From Octopus sinensis (taxonomy: Eukaryota): a stretch of 64,000 bases of DNA. A model generated the notes under the pieces. That model did not search any database. It had not been told where the DNA came from and worked only from the letters and a program-made list of their open reading frames with translations. Where the stretch lies: the NCBI RefSeq assembly GCF_006345805.1, contig NC_043014.1:53258001-53322000 (forward strand), written 5' to 3'. A program made the position numbers and the translations under genes. This document shows, in pieces, positions 1 through 31,418 of this stretch. Each line of letters begins with the position of its first letter. Positions within the stretch are counted from its first letter, which is position 1.

Positions 1-743
1 TGTGGAATTCTACATAAAACTGCCATACTGTCAACAAATAGCTTTTCTAATTTCCAGCCGAAGACTGTCTTAACCGTTTTGTTCCATATTTCTGTTGAAA
101 GATACTGGCTTTGTGCCAATACATTTTAAAACAAGAAATTGTCATTGTTCAGTTAGTATTTCGAACATAGATGTCGATGAAATTTTGATGAGATCAATTT
201 AAAACGGGAAGTTTATATCACAAAACTAGGATCGGTCAAAGGCAAGCTGGAATGAAAAGAATGAAAATGAGTTGCGATGAGTTCTTGTTTTACTTCGAGG
301 TTTATTTCTTTCTGTCGTTGATTCTGACCGCAACAGAAAACACGCCTCATTTTACTCAACCGTTGGCATGGCGCTAATGAAGGTAAACGGATTACAATAC
401 CTCAGAGATGCAGCCATTCAGGGGCCATTGAAAGGTGGGTAATTAGCGAATTTAGTCAGAATGGACTCCTTCAAAGCAGTTTATAGCCGGCAAATAACAT
501 CAATATAGAGGATAAAACTAAAATGGACAGAGGCAACTACGTGAGATGGTGGATCGAACCCACACACAAACGATTGCCAAAGAAAGAAAAATAATAATAA
601 TAAAAAGACACACACACAAGATAAGCTCCTTAGCCACTCGGCTACGTCTGCAGCGAATTGGATGAAATTAAGGCCACAATTCTACTGACTCGGTCATGGT
701 TCGAACCTAACGCCACTGCATCGTGAAAGAAGAAAAGACCTAC

Positions 744-18246
<17,503 letters not shown>

Positions 18247-18461
18247 CGCAAAGGGGCCCAAGCAAAAAGGGGGCAGCGATGGAAGGTTGTGAGCTTTAAT
18301 GTGTTGGTGGCGGTGACGTTGAAGGTCTGTGTGTCTGTGTGACGCACAGCGAGCAGACCTTCGCCAGTCGGAGACCAGCAGCACCAAGACGGGCCAAGAC
18401 GGGCCAACACCGAAGACGGCGACGACGACGACGACCTCTGCCGGTGACTGAATTAGTAATT
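18247..18461 (-). other. Probable 5' UTR part of the first coding exon of bestrophin
   Basis: Strong acceptor tcgttctcttcttttacag (AG at 18463-18462); no ATG in the 215 nt before the bestrophin ATG. Confidence 0.6.
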
Positions 18462-18632
18462 CTGTAAAAGAAGAGAACGAGGAGAAAAAGAAAGGTAGAA
18501 AGACAGGTAAAGCGTGAAAGGGGGGGGAAGAGAGGAAGAAGGATCGAGAGAGAGAGTGAGGGGGGCATAGATAGACAGATAGATAGATAGATAGGTAGGT
18601 AGGTAGAGAGATAGATAGATAGATAGAGAGAG

Positions 18633-18683
<51 letters not shown>

Positions 18684-18713
18684 GAGATAGAGAGATAGAG
18701 AGATAGATATATG

Positions 18714-18780
<67 letters not shown>

Positions 18781-19327
18781 GGATAGATAGATATAGATAT
18801 AGATAGATAGATAGATAAACAAACCAACAGACAAACAGCTGGGGAGACAGACAGACAGATAGAACGATAAAAGACAGACAGGTAGTAAATGAGAATGAAC
18901 GGGTGAGTGGGTGAGTGGGTAGGGGAGTGAGTGAAGGTAAGAGAAAGTGAGAGAGAGAGGAGAGGGGGGAGGAGAGAGAATAGAAATATATATGATCAAA
19001 TAAAATAAATAACCCGGTGGAATAATCGGATTGTTATCATTAAAGGAACAAAACACATAATTTGTGTGTGTGTCTCCATGACTGAAGGAGAGCGCGTGGT
19101 GAGGGGGGTGGGTGACAGTAGAGAGAGAGAGAGAGAGAGAGCGAAGAGGCAAAGAAAGAGAGGTGTTGTTGGCAATTACGACTTGCTTTAGTAATGTAAA
19201 TGTAGAATATGACCACCACACACACACACACACACGATGTACAAATGGTGACTGGAGCTCGCCGAGAAGAAGACTCTATGCACGATTAAGAAAGTTTACG
19301 AAAACTTCTAAAGTTAGATAGACAGAC

Positions 19328-19378
<51 letters not shown>

Positions 19379-19471
19379 GAGATAGATAGATAGATAGATA
19401 GATAGTTAGATAGATAGAGATAGGTAGCGAGAGAGAGAGAGAGAGAAACACAAAGTGGGAGAGACAGAGAT

Positions 19472-19509
<38 letters not shown>

Positions 19510-20490
19510 CACACACACACACAACAGAGCTAAGCTTGGAGAGAGAGGCCATATTTGTCAATGTCTATGTTACCGAACCCTCGTTCGGTTTCCGTCGCTC
19601 GACGAGGGCTGAATGGAAACCGAGGCGGGCGCTATAAGACACAGCCATGCTTAAGACGTGTCTTAAAAGAATTTACGAAGCCAGGGGTTTGCGGAAACGT
19701 CATTGCTTTTAGACCCATTCTTTGGAATGGTAGATTGATATTGAAAAGGAAGAATAACATCCTTGACTTTTCCAAGGGAGTCTCTGTATGGTCACCTGAC
19801 CTACTAGAAACAGCAGCCAAATCTTTCTCATATCACACATACTATATTGCATATACAGGCATACATTGTATGATGTATGCCTCGAATGGCGCGATGGTCA
19901 TATCTGGAATACCCTTAAACTTAGTTGTGGCAAGGCTTCTGTTCCCGTAAACTAGTACCAGCGGAAGTCACAGCTCCAATCCTTGTAATATTGAGTTTAA
20001 GTCTGTTCAACCAAGTGAACCATGCGAGTCGAGGGGATATCCTTCCTCGGAACGTTAAAGTCGTATGCCTTACTGTTCGTAATCATAGAATTCCAGGTTC
20101 GATCCAGGCATCCTCTACTATGGCTTCGTATCAGCCAAAGACTTGTGAGCGAAATAAGTTGATGGTAACTGTACTGAAGCCTGTTGTACGGAGTGTGTCT
20201 ACTCGCAGGCTTTAGATTTAATTTGCTGCCCTTTTCGTCTTTAAGTAGAGTTTGGTGGTGTTGTGACTTTCATACTTTTCTGAAATATATTATCAACTTA
20301 GAGGGAATCCTATTATTTTCAGGAGAGAAACGGAATCAATTTATGGATTCCACTCATAAGAACCAACACTGTATATGTGTGTGTATGTGTGTGCGTGTGT
20401 ATGTGTGTGCGTGTGCGTGCGTGGGGTCGTGGGTGCGTGGGTGCGTGGGTGCGTGCGTGCGTGGTGCGTGCGTGCATATATATGTATGTG

Positions 20491-20543
<53 letters not shown>

Positions 20544-21346
20544 TACTGGCTATGGTTTTTGGAGGCCAAGCGTTCTCTCTCTCAGTCAAACAATTAGCAA
20601 GATTACCTTAATCAACGACTACTGTTAATTACTAACATTTTCAACAACAGAAATTTGCTTCCTTCAAATAGGAGAGTGTACTCGGTGACACCGGCAGCCG
20701 ACAACTGTCTTGGCTGTTGGCTTAGCTTCACTAATATTACTGACGTTGTTATTGTTGTTGTTGTTACTCATGTTTTCAGTGATTTAGCAGACGATTCTAT
20801 TGCTTTCTGTTTTTCAGTCATAACAAACCATTAAAATTGATTGAGAAATATATTACACTGAGTCATCCGGATGTTCCATACTCACGGTTGGCAAAATGGC
20901 GATTGCGTTACCCTGAAGCATAGCGAAAGAGATGTACTTTAAAAGCCATTGTACTCTACGAGACTTATTCTTACGTATAGTAATCTCTATCACGATTAAA
21001 CCGAGTTGAGAGGTTGTTCAGGGAACCAGTATGTTAGATGTTTCTACCTTTATCGTTCCAGAAATATCGTCATTCAATGTCACCATCTTTTTTTAAATAG
21101 AAGATCGTGTATAATTCGAATATGATTTTGGTGTTATTTCTGGAGGAGGATGGGGAAGCGACTGCGGTGGGGGCTTCTCACTTGCTCAGTCAATCTTGGC
21201 GTTTGTTGCTGTTGTCGTCGTTTGACCCAGGGTCAGTCCTGAAGGAGTAAGTATAGGATCAGAAGGATTTCCCCATAATAAGTTATGCAATAGGTCCTAC
21301 ATTTTTTGAAGGTGGAAGAAGGTATTTTCATAGATAGATAGATAGA

Positions 21347-21392
<46 letters not shown>

Positions 21393-21573
21393 AAGAGAGA
21401 GATTAGGCTGTTCTTTCCAGCGGGTTAGTCGACACGTAGAGGTTTCCTCGTTGGCTCACAGTCAATACAGCTCATCCGTCTAAGTTCACTGGAGTGCTAA
21501 GCACTTACACACAACACTAACGCTATAAAATGCTTTATACTATGATACTGCACAAATGTGGAGTAGTGTACCT

Positions 21574-21614
<41 letters not shown>

Positions 21615-21733
21615 ACAGCAGCACCAGTGGCAGTGAGGTATGATGCAATGAGAATTTCGTGTAACGTTAGAGTAAAGCACCAGTGTTACGTAGTGCAATG
21701 CAAGGCTTGGAGCATTTCCAGTATTTCCCGTGT

Positions 21734-21787
<54 letters not shown>

Positions 21788-21829
21788 ACAAGTCCAAGAC
21801 CACAACCTGTTCGAACGTTCTCCTACTCC

Positions 21830-22040
21830 CGTATTCCTGTATTCCTGAAATATCCCTAACAAATTCCATCGTTCGACTATTCTCTATTCCAACATTCCAA
21901 TGTAGTGTTTGTTTTTGTTTTTGCAGTGATTTATTTTTCTAATATTTCCAAATATTCCAACATTCCAATATTCTAATATTCCTGCTTATTCCAACATTCT
22001 AATATTCTGTTAATTAATCTATTCTAATATTCCAAATTTA
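21830..22040. repeat. Degenerate 8-9 bp minisatellite (AATATTCC/AACATTCC/AATATTCT)
   Basis: Repeated TATTCC/CATTCC/TATTCT units are visible directly. Confidence 0.6.
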
Positions 22041-22205
22041 TCCACGATTGTACCTTTCTGATATTTCAGCCAATTCTAAGATTATGATATGTCAATGTTA
22101 GTGCTGTTCTGCCTTGATGGTCAGAGGCGTTCTCTTCGTGACCACCCTGTCTATATTTTCGGCATGGTGCAGCAGAAACAGCCGTACTCAATGTATTCTT
22201 TTCAC

Positions 22206-22263
<58 letters not shown>

Positions 22264-22477
22264 CCATGTCTTCCTCTCTCGCATTTTCTATCATTTCCCT
22301 CTTCACTTCAGCAGACATTGCCACGAACATTCTTGTGTGTGTGTGTGTGTGCCTGACTTAGTGTATCTGTGTATACATGTATGTATGTTCGAGTATGTGT
22401 GTTTGTATGTATGTATGTATTTGTGTATGTATGTATGTACGTATTTGTGTATGTATGAATGTATGTATGTCCGTATG

Positions 22478-22816
22478 TAGTGGGGGAGCATCATAGCCAT
22501 GTGTTGAGAGGGATTCTTTGGGGTTTGAATAATTCACCTCTAGAAACATGGGTGGTTCGCTCAACATTCTTAAACAACCCTTATTCAGGGACCTTTTGAG
22601 CGGGATGAGTTACTCAACCAGAAGAAAATTCTAACTGGGCCCCACCTGCAAGGTCATGCACTGTTTATCTTGATATGGGATCACCATGTTGCGCACATAT
22701 GGTTGTGATGCATGTACCCGGTGAACCCTTAACAGACGGGTAGTCATGATGGGTACACTGGGCTTCGTATATTTTACCCCAGTGTCACTTTGATGGCATG
22801 AACTGCTCTCTCACTC
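22478..22816 (+). mobile_element. Family C repeat, left-truncated
   Basis: Matches the right part of the 22895-23449 copy; ends CTCACTC-(AAT)n. Confidence 0.8.
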
Positions 22817-22867
<51 letters not shown>

Positions 22868-22894
22868 AATAATAATATAATAATATAATAATAA

Positions 22895-23449
22895 ATGCCC
22901 TGATGACAGTACCAGGCAGTGGCTCTCATGGCTTCTGATCTTACTGATTGAAGTGTTATCATGTACATTGTTTTGTCTTGGTATAAAAGATGGGCTACAG
23001 CAAATATTCTGCTCAATACCACAGATTTGCTTGTCAGTTGTTTGACCTTAACCAGTTGAGCATGTCCCTTAGTGGCTGACGATATGTGCATCTCTGATCA
23101 CGAGCAGAAGTAGTGGGGGAGCATCATGGCCATGTGTTGAGAGGGATTCTTTGGAGTTTGAATGGTTCACCTCTGGAAACATAGGTGTTTCGTTCAACAT
23201 CCTAAAGCAACCCTTATTCAGGGACCGTTTTGAGCAGGATGGGCACTCAACCTGAAGAAAATTCTAACTGGGCCCCACCTGCAAGGTTCATGTGCTGTTT
23301 ATCTTGATATGAGATCACCATGTCGCGCACATATGGTTGTGATGCATGTGCCTGGTGTACCTTTATCAGACGGGTAGTCATGATGGGTATATTGGGCTTC
23401 GTATATTTTACCCCAGTGTCACTTTGATGGCATGAACTGACTTCTCCTC
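22895..23449 (+). mobile_element. Family C repeat, full-length (about 555 bp), (AAT)n on both sides
   Basis: Starts ATGCCCTGAT; collinear with 57872-58389; no coding signature recognised. Confidence 0.8.
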
Positions 23450-23465
23450 AATAATAATAATAATA

Positions 23466-23496
<31 letters not shown>

Positions 23497-23532
23497 AATA
23501 ATAATAATACTAATAATGATAATAATAATAAT

Positions 23533-23903
23533 ATCAAGAGCACTCGGAGAGCGCAAACCTCCGTCGAGGCAACACCAATGTCCTCTCAACGATTAGCCAG
23601 AGATGATTTTTAAAATGAGAATATCTGAAATAAACTCGACTGCTTTCACAAATGAGAATACTAAAAATGAACCCGACCACTCTCAACAATTAAGTAAAAT
23701 ACGGAAAAATAATCCAGAATCTTTGCCCGGTACCGGATCGATCTCAAAATCTAATCAGTTCGTGCCAGTCACAAAGCCCAACATCCCCGGAAGTTTCAAC
23801 TGAATCCATTCATCGGTTCTTGAGATACATTGTCCACGGAAAAACAAACCAACAAACAAACACGACTGAAAACAATACCCCCGCATTCGCTAAGGCGGAG
23901 TAA
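23533..23903 (+). mobile_element. Probable non-autonomous Helentron-type (DINE/HINE-like) element
   Basis: 5' CAAGAG...ACCTCCG sub-terminal motif and 3' CCCCGC-ATTCGCTAAG-GCGGAG hairpin, complementary to the 5' motif. Single copy here. Confidence 0.45.
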
Positions 23904-25890
23904 CAACAACAACAACAACAATGATAATAATAATGATTTCAAATTTCGGCACAAGGCCAGCGTTTTGCGGGTGGGGATAAATCGCTTACATCGACCCCCA
24001 GTGTATCACTGGTACTTAATTTATCGACCCCGAAAGGATAAAAGGCAAAGTCGACCTCTACAGAATGTCATGAGCCGGAACAAATAATGCAAAGTCGAAT
24101 AATTTCTTTATTTAGCGAAAGGAGAGAAGCGAAGAAAGCGGATTCCTCGTCAAACTGTTGCCATGTGTGAACGGTTAAAGAGCGAAGTGAGGCTTTGTAT
24201 ATTATGATAAGCGTTTGGAAGACGTTTCGTTAGAAGTGTCTTACGTACGACGGAAGCGGGGGGGGGGAGTGGGTGGCGGGAAGAGGTAATCATTCTAATG
24301 GAGGGTAGCTATTTACTTGAAGTTAAGTGGTGATGGTCGCGGTAGTGGTGGTGGTGGTGGTGGTTATATTTTGCCGATGTTGTTGATGTAATGATGAGGA
24401 TGAGGAAGAGCAGGAGGAAGAGGAGGTTGTTATTTGTGATGATATTTCTAGTACTAATGGTGTTCTAAGTGCTATTTCTGTTAACGTTGTTGTTGTTGTT
24501 GTTAGCAGCAGCAGCAGCGGTGGTGATTGTCGTTGTTGTTAGTGTTTAGTCCCATGTCATGTCTCATTAAGTACACCAATGATCAAAAGTATTCCAGCCG
24601 TAACCATCCCGTCTTTTTAAGGGTATCTACAGATTGTTCATCATCGAATTCCTTCTTTCCCGCATCTTTTCTTTTTAAAGACGGAAAAGGACATTATAAC
24701 TGGACGCTGATTTGGCTGCTATTTCAAATCGCCTTGTGACCATGCAGAAGCTCACTCTCGTTGTCTCAGTTTGCTGTTGTTGCTGTTGTTGTTGTTGTTG
24801 ATCAGCCCCAGGCCAACCGCCCTCATCCAGCTGTCCCCTAGGCTGTCCTTGCCACTCCCGTCTTTCTTAATCCTTCATCCAAACACTTCTTCAATTTAAC
24901 CAATTCCTTTCATATCATTCTGATAAGGTATCATCTATTTGTCCCATGTTGGTCCCTCCCCCCCCTCCTCTCTCTCTCTCTCTCTCTCTCTCTCGCTCTC
25001 TCTTCTGCATTTACCACTTCTATGATTCCCACTCTGCTTTCCACCATCACAACAACTTGCCCTCACCTCCCATCTCCTCCCAGACAACCCTCCACCAAAT
25101 CTCGATGCAGAACACTGGAACCCGCTGAATCCGCTCACATCATTCGGCCGCAGGTTTTCCTTACTCTAAACTCTTCTATCGATTATGTTAGAGAAAGTTG
25201 GATGTTTCTGCTGGTCCAATGCAGTTCCGATTTGGCAAAGCCTGGAGGGGAAACAAGTGACTCTTGAAGGAAGCTGGCAACACACCATTCCATTCTCTCC
25301 GCTCTTGTTAATAGCATCTCAAATCACCCCTCACGAAAACTGTGTCTGTGTGTCACTGGTCATGACTTTAATGACGACTATGATCAGTTTCTCTGAGAAG
25401 TGAATTAGCTTCTGGTGAGAATCGAAACAAGATCCCAGACTTCTCCCTCCGGCTCCACTGTTTTTTGTCACCAGAATATATTTAATATAAAACATTACCA
25501 TTAATGGAATGGATGCAGTCAACACGTGTGTCTGTGGAACTGTACCGAAAGTTGGCTCCCTGTCAAACTGTGTCACTTCTGTTGTTGTTGTTGTTGGTGG
25601 TGGTGGCGGTGGTGGTGGTGGCGGTGATGGCAGTGGTGATAGTGGTAGTGGAGGGGGTTGTGGTGGTGTGGTATTCATATTTCTTGTTTGCAGTGGTGGT
25701 GGTGGTGGTGGTATTCATGTTATTGTTGGCGTTGTGATTGAGGTTGTTTAACCCTGGGTTATACACGATAGAGTAGGGTTGTGGTAAAATGCAATCCAGC
25801 CGTGCCCGTGCTTTGGGATAACTTTTTTTCAGGTGCATCTTTTTGTAAATCGAACCTCAACGTAGCAGCTCCACCGGTTATTGTTGCTGT

Positions 25891-25921
<31 letters not shown>

Positions 25922-26349
25922 GGTGATGGTGGTGGTGGTGGTGGTGGTGATCTTTTTGTTGTTGTTGTTATTTATAATTCCTATCTTATTTATATTTATT
26001 TTTGTCGTTGTGTTGTTCAGATTTCTCTGAGAGTTCCAGGAATCGATTTTGGTTTTTCTTACACTTTTGCCTTTATTTCATTTGTTCTGCATCCGTCCAA
26101 AGTTTATCTTCGCCATTATATTTCCATTGTTCTTTTATTTTGTTCTTTGTTTTTTTTTGTGTTCATTATTTCTATTTTCGCGCCTTGAAGATCTTTAGTC
26201 CCAGGGCTTATTTTTTAAAAGCTCGGTCTCTTTTGTTACGATAACGTAAACAAACCAACACGGCTTGTCGAGTGGTGGTATGAGACAAACACAGACACAA
26301 AGACATACACACGCACGCGCGCACACACACACACACACACGCACGCACG

Positions 26350-26392
<43 letters not shown>

Positions 26393-26633
26393 ACACACAT
26401 ATATGTATAATACATCGGGATTCTTTCAGTTTCTTTCTACCAAATCCACTCGCAAAATTTTGGTCTGTCCGAGGCTATAGTAGAAGTCGATGAGATGGTC
26501 ATGGGTGCAACGCTTTGATGAAATGTCTGCTTGATCAGAGCTGACTTGAAGCCAGACAACGACAGCTGACACTCAAGATTTTCTATTTATTCTCTGCAAA
26601 AAGGTCAGACCATTCCTCAAGTTCTACTTTTAG

Positions 26634-26696
<63 letters not shown>

Positions 26697-27075
26697 AACC
26701 ACATCCACCCCCACTCCCACTCTCCTTCCCATATGTTTCACACATTGGCTGCAACTGGTAAACGGTAAATTCCTGGTTCTTGTAGTTTCAGGTGATGTAG
26801 CAGAGATATTCACGAACTTATCTCTTCAACAAAATCAGAAACAAAAGCAAAAAGCAAAAACCATCAATATAGACTCACACTCTCTTCCTCCTTTCTCTCC
26901 CCTTTCTCCCCCTCCCTCTCTTCCTTACTATCCCCCTCCCTCTATTCCTCTCTCTCTCTCTCTCTCACGCACAATACAGAAAGTTATGTCAGCGTATACA
27001 CCATCTTCTTGCACTGACGTGCTCACATCTTAATGCATAATGTATGACAATGTATTTCTGAGTGTATATGTATGT

Positions 27076-27123
<48 letters not shown>

Positions 27124-27615
27124 TCACATACATACATACATACACACACATATACATACATACATACTTACACATACATACATACATACATACACACATA
27201 CATACATACACACATACATACATACATACAAACATACATACACATACATACATACATACATACATACATACATACATACATGCAGACATGGGTGAGTGTA
27301 TATAAATCTATATAAATAACAGATCCTATCAGTATTTTCGCAAGTGGAGCGTCACGTTGAATAGTTTATCTTTTACGTATTTCGGTCATTAGACTGCGGT
27401 CATACTGGGGCACCAATCGGATTTTATGTAAGATATTTACGAAATAAATATACGAAGTAGCAGTCATTAACAATTGATCTTGACAAAGGAGAACTTCGAA
27501 GTTACAAAGGTAAAATCGACAAACATTGCTGATAAAACATCCGAATGAAAAGTCTTATCAAATAAAATATGGTTATGAAAGAGATTGGCACCGCGATGGC
27601 AGCAAAGGCAGCAGA

Positions 27616-27648
<33 letters not shown>

Positions 27649-28242
27649 TGTATGTATGTATGTTGGTATGGATGGATGGATGGATGGACGGATGAATTGA
27701 TGAAGAATGACGGACGAAACATGGCAGTACTTCAACAGACACAAATAGTTTGTATTCTATGGTGGTTCTGAGAGATAAGCTTCGCAAATTCTTGTTCTTG
27801 TAAAATCGCTCATTCGTTCCACAATTCAGACAAAAGAAACACACCCCGGAAATTCCCCCCCCCCACACACACACACACACCTACAGCCCCCTCACATAAA
27901 TACACAAGCATTTAGTATTCAATAAAGTTATGCTTTAAAGCAAAGCGTCAGGAGAGTTCAGAGCGTAACATCAATGAAGGACAAAAGAGCTGAACGCTCT
28001 GCTTCTGTTAACGGAAACAGCTGTAAGCTAATGAAGGTGAGAAGGCAATTCCTGTTCTTTTGTCCTTTGATTAACTGATATTCCGCCATAACCATAATTG
28101 TTTCCTTCAAACTTACATTTGTTATTTTAGAAAATATTCCCACAATTGTTATTCAAAAGAGAACCGGGTTCGCTTCACCGGTCGAGGATCGGAAACGAGA
28201 AATTGGAGCCTTTGATTTATAATATATTAAAGAATCCTCTTT

Positions 28243-28704
<462 letters not shown>

Positions 28705-28828
28705 ACGCCTACATTTTTCTATCGAGTTCAGTAATTTACCGTTTTGGTGAAGTAACAGAGATTTATATATGTTCGACACTTATGTATATATATATATATA
28801 TATTATATATATATGTGTGTGTGTGTGT

Positions 28829-28860
<32 letters not shown>

Positions 28861-28974
28861 TATATTATATATATATATTTTTTTTTTACATAACTTATGG
28901 GATGACTTGATATAACAAATAATAACTTTATTTATCAAAAACTGCTATGAGGATAAAAATAAACCTTCTTTTCT

Positions 28975-29830
28975 ATAATGTTATTCAATAAAGCCATCTT
29001 CAGCTCCAACAACTGCTTCTATATGAGATCTAAATCATCTACATGCTCGAATCAAGTGGTCCTGGTTCATTTTGGACATTACTTTGATTATGGCAGCTTT
29101 CAAAGAATCTTTGGTGTTATGGACATGTTCATTGACCTCTCTCTCGACAATGCTCCACATGTAATAGTCCAATGAATTGAGATCTGGAGAATTAGGAGGC
29201 CAAATCTTAGGGGTTATGTGATCATGAACATTTTCAGTTATACATTCCTGTGTTACTAGAGTCATGTGTGATAGTGCAAAGTCTTACTGAAACACATATG
29301 GCCCTCCATTGCATACACTATCTATGAAGGTCTTAATTATTTCCAGGCCCTTAATGTAGTTAACCCTAAGGCCTTATGGAAAGAAGGAGGCATCACATGT
29401 CCTTCATTGCTGACAACCCCTAAAACAACGACATTTGCTGGAAATTCTGAATGCATAGCACTTGGAACTTCAGAAGGGTCTGCACTTAACCATCGGTCAT
29501 TTCTTCTGTTAACTGTTTCATCGTGGACGTTTATCTCCTCTGAGAAAAACCAAATCAAATCTTTTTCTGCTGGATTTTTCAGTTTAAGAGCCTTTTAGAT
29601 TTGATGAAGTGATTTTCTTTAGCTTTTTTGGACGAATTGATCTTTCCTCATCATATAAGACTTATATCTGATGTCTTCCTGGACAACATTTCTGACTTTT
29701 GACACATGGAGATCTTTTGTAATTAACCTCATGGAACTTCTGGGATTGTAATCAATGGTCTGTTGAACTTGCTGGGATAAATAAAAATTTTCTGATGATT
29801 TCAAAGTGTTTGGAATGCTTTTTATGCTTT
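28975..29830 (-). mobile_element. Decayed Tc1/mariner-superfamily transposase (maT/DD37D-like motifs)
   Basis: WFFSE, NRRNDRWL, VVVLGVVSNEGHVMPP, WPPNSPDLNSLDYYMWSIVE; frameshifted; TIRs not identified. Confidence 0.85.
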
Positions 29831-29991
29831 GATACTGGTGATACATTTCCATCTTGCAAAAAAAAAAAAAAAGCAAGGCAAAAAAAGAAGCGCATATACA
29901 GAGCAAGCAAAGGCAGCAATGACACAAAACGGTATGTCCTCAAATACCTTAGCGACACAGTACATTTCATACACCACAACACACACACACA

Positions 29992-30031
<40 letters not shown>

Positions 30032-30226
30032 TATACATACATCATACATATATATACATATATATATGTATTATATATATATGTATATATATAGATATAC
30101 ATATATATGATATAGATATATACTATAATATACATACATACATACATATATATAGAATATATGTATATATATATATATATATATATGATATATATATATT
30201 ATATCATATATATATACATATATATA

Positions 30227-30271
<45 letters not shown>

Positions 30272-30339
30272 ATATTATACATAGTAACAAATGAGAGAAA
30301 CAGAAAATATATTTCCCGAGATTCTTTATTAATCGACCT

Positions 30340-30439
30340 NNNNNNNNNNNNNNNNNNNNNNNNNNNNNNNNNNNNNNNNNNNNNNNNNNNNNNNNNNNNN
30401 NNNNNNNNNNNNNNNNNNNNNNNNNNNNNNNNNNNNNNN
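30340..30439. other. Assembly gap (100 N)
   Basis: Run of N next to a (TA)n tract; true distance unknown. Confidence 1.
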
Positions 30440-31385
30440 GTACGGCACACTCTGTGATGAGGCTAAACAGTTTGAATTATGGGTAGCATCCACCCAACTA
30501 ACCGCTATACAATTTCCACCCAATTATAGAAAAGATAGAGGCAACGACATTTGCCCAAGGTTCTACACAGTCGGATCGAACTTGAAACCTCTTAACCACT
30601 GAACTATGACTGCACCTACTGTTCCTGTATATATGAAGAGTTCAAAGAGTCAAGAGCCATCGAATTACATGATATATCGATGTATGAGGACTTAGACATT
30701 TCTGGTTTGCTATCCAGGTGCAGATTTAGCCAACCGGGGTGATGAGTTCGACTCCAAGCTCTGGTAAAGAAAAATAACCCAGAGATGGAGAAATTCAACA
30801 GAATTTCCACAGGTTTGTTGTTCATTAGGTTTGGAGTAAACATTGGCACCAACTTTCTAATCTCAGCATTTCCAAAAAGTGTGAATGGTCCTACACAAGC
30901 TTTCGCCACTTAAAAACGAAGAAATGATATCTGTGGAAAGTCTAACACGTTTATAAAACTGATAGGTCGGGATGGACGCCTGAGCGTCAAACACCTTGTT
31001 TGTTGATTGCCCCACCTATCTCTGTCTTCTGTTTTTGTACATTTGAACTGTATATATAGGATATATAAGTTTAAATAGCTGATGATGTACCAGAACTCTT
31101 TCTACGCTTTATTAAGTGTGCAATGAATAAAAAAAAAATAGTTGAAAATCGTTGGGTTGGATATTATTACAAGACAAAAATAACTGGAGATGAAATAGAA
31201 ATAAAATGTTTTCAGTGGTGGAACATTCAAAGTGTTACACTTTATCAAACACTGTAGTGTATTCTCTACATTGCTTGACTATCTGGACTTATTAATAGTA
31301 ATAATAATGGTCTTTATTATTAGAAATAGGTTGTTGGTTTTATCTGAGTAAACTACCTAAAGTCACACGCACATACATATATACA

Positions 31386-31418
<33 letters not shown>

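Noticed and set aside
1-743. Search for the next bestrophin exon (VAEQLINPFGEDDDD)
   Set aside because: No matching frame was found; it lies outside the window.
20886-20912. 27-nt minus-strand micro-exon (cttcag ... GTGAGT)
   Set aside because: Splice motifs alone at this length are expected by chance; there is no other support.
22895-22980. HDV-like ribozyme or snRNA-derived head in family C
   Set aside because: A 6/7-bp P1 can be drawn, but P3/L3, P1.1 and J4/2 do not fit; similarity to U2 is only about 12 nt.
27960-28240. Apparent plus-strand two-exon mini-gene (MKDKRAERS..., GTGAGA donor, TTTTAG acceptor)
   Set aside because: No recognisable product, and the first part is better explained as a hammerhead/PLE relic.
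30616-30909. 97-aa ORF next to the gap
   Set aside because: No motif or splice support; length is within chance expectation.
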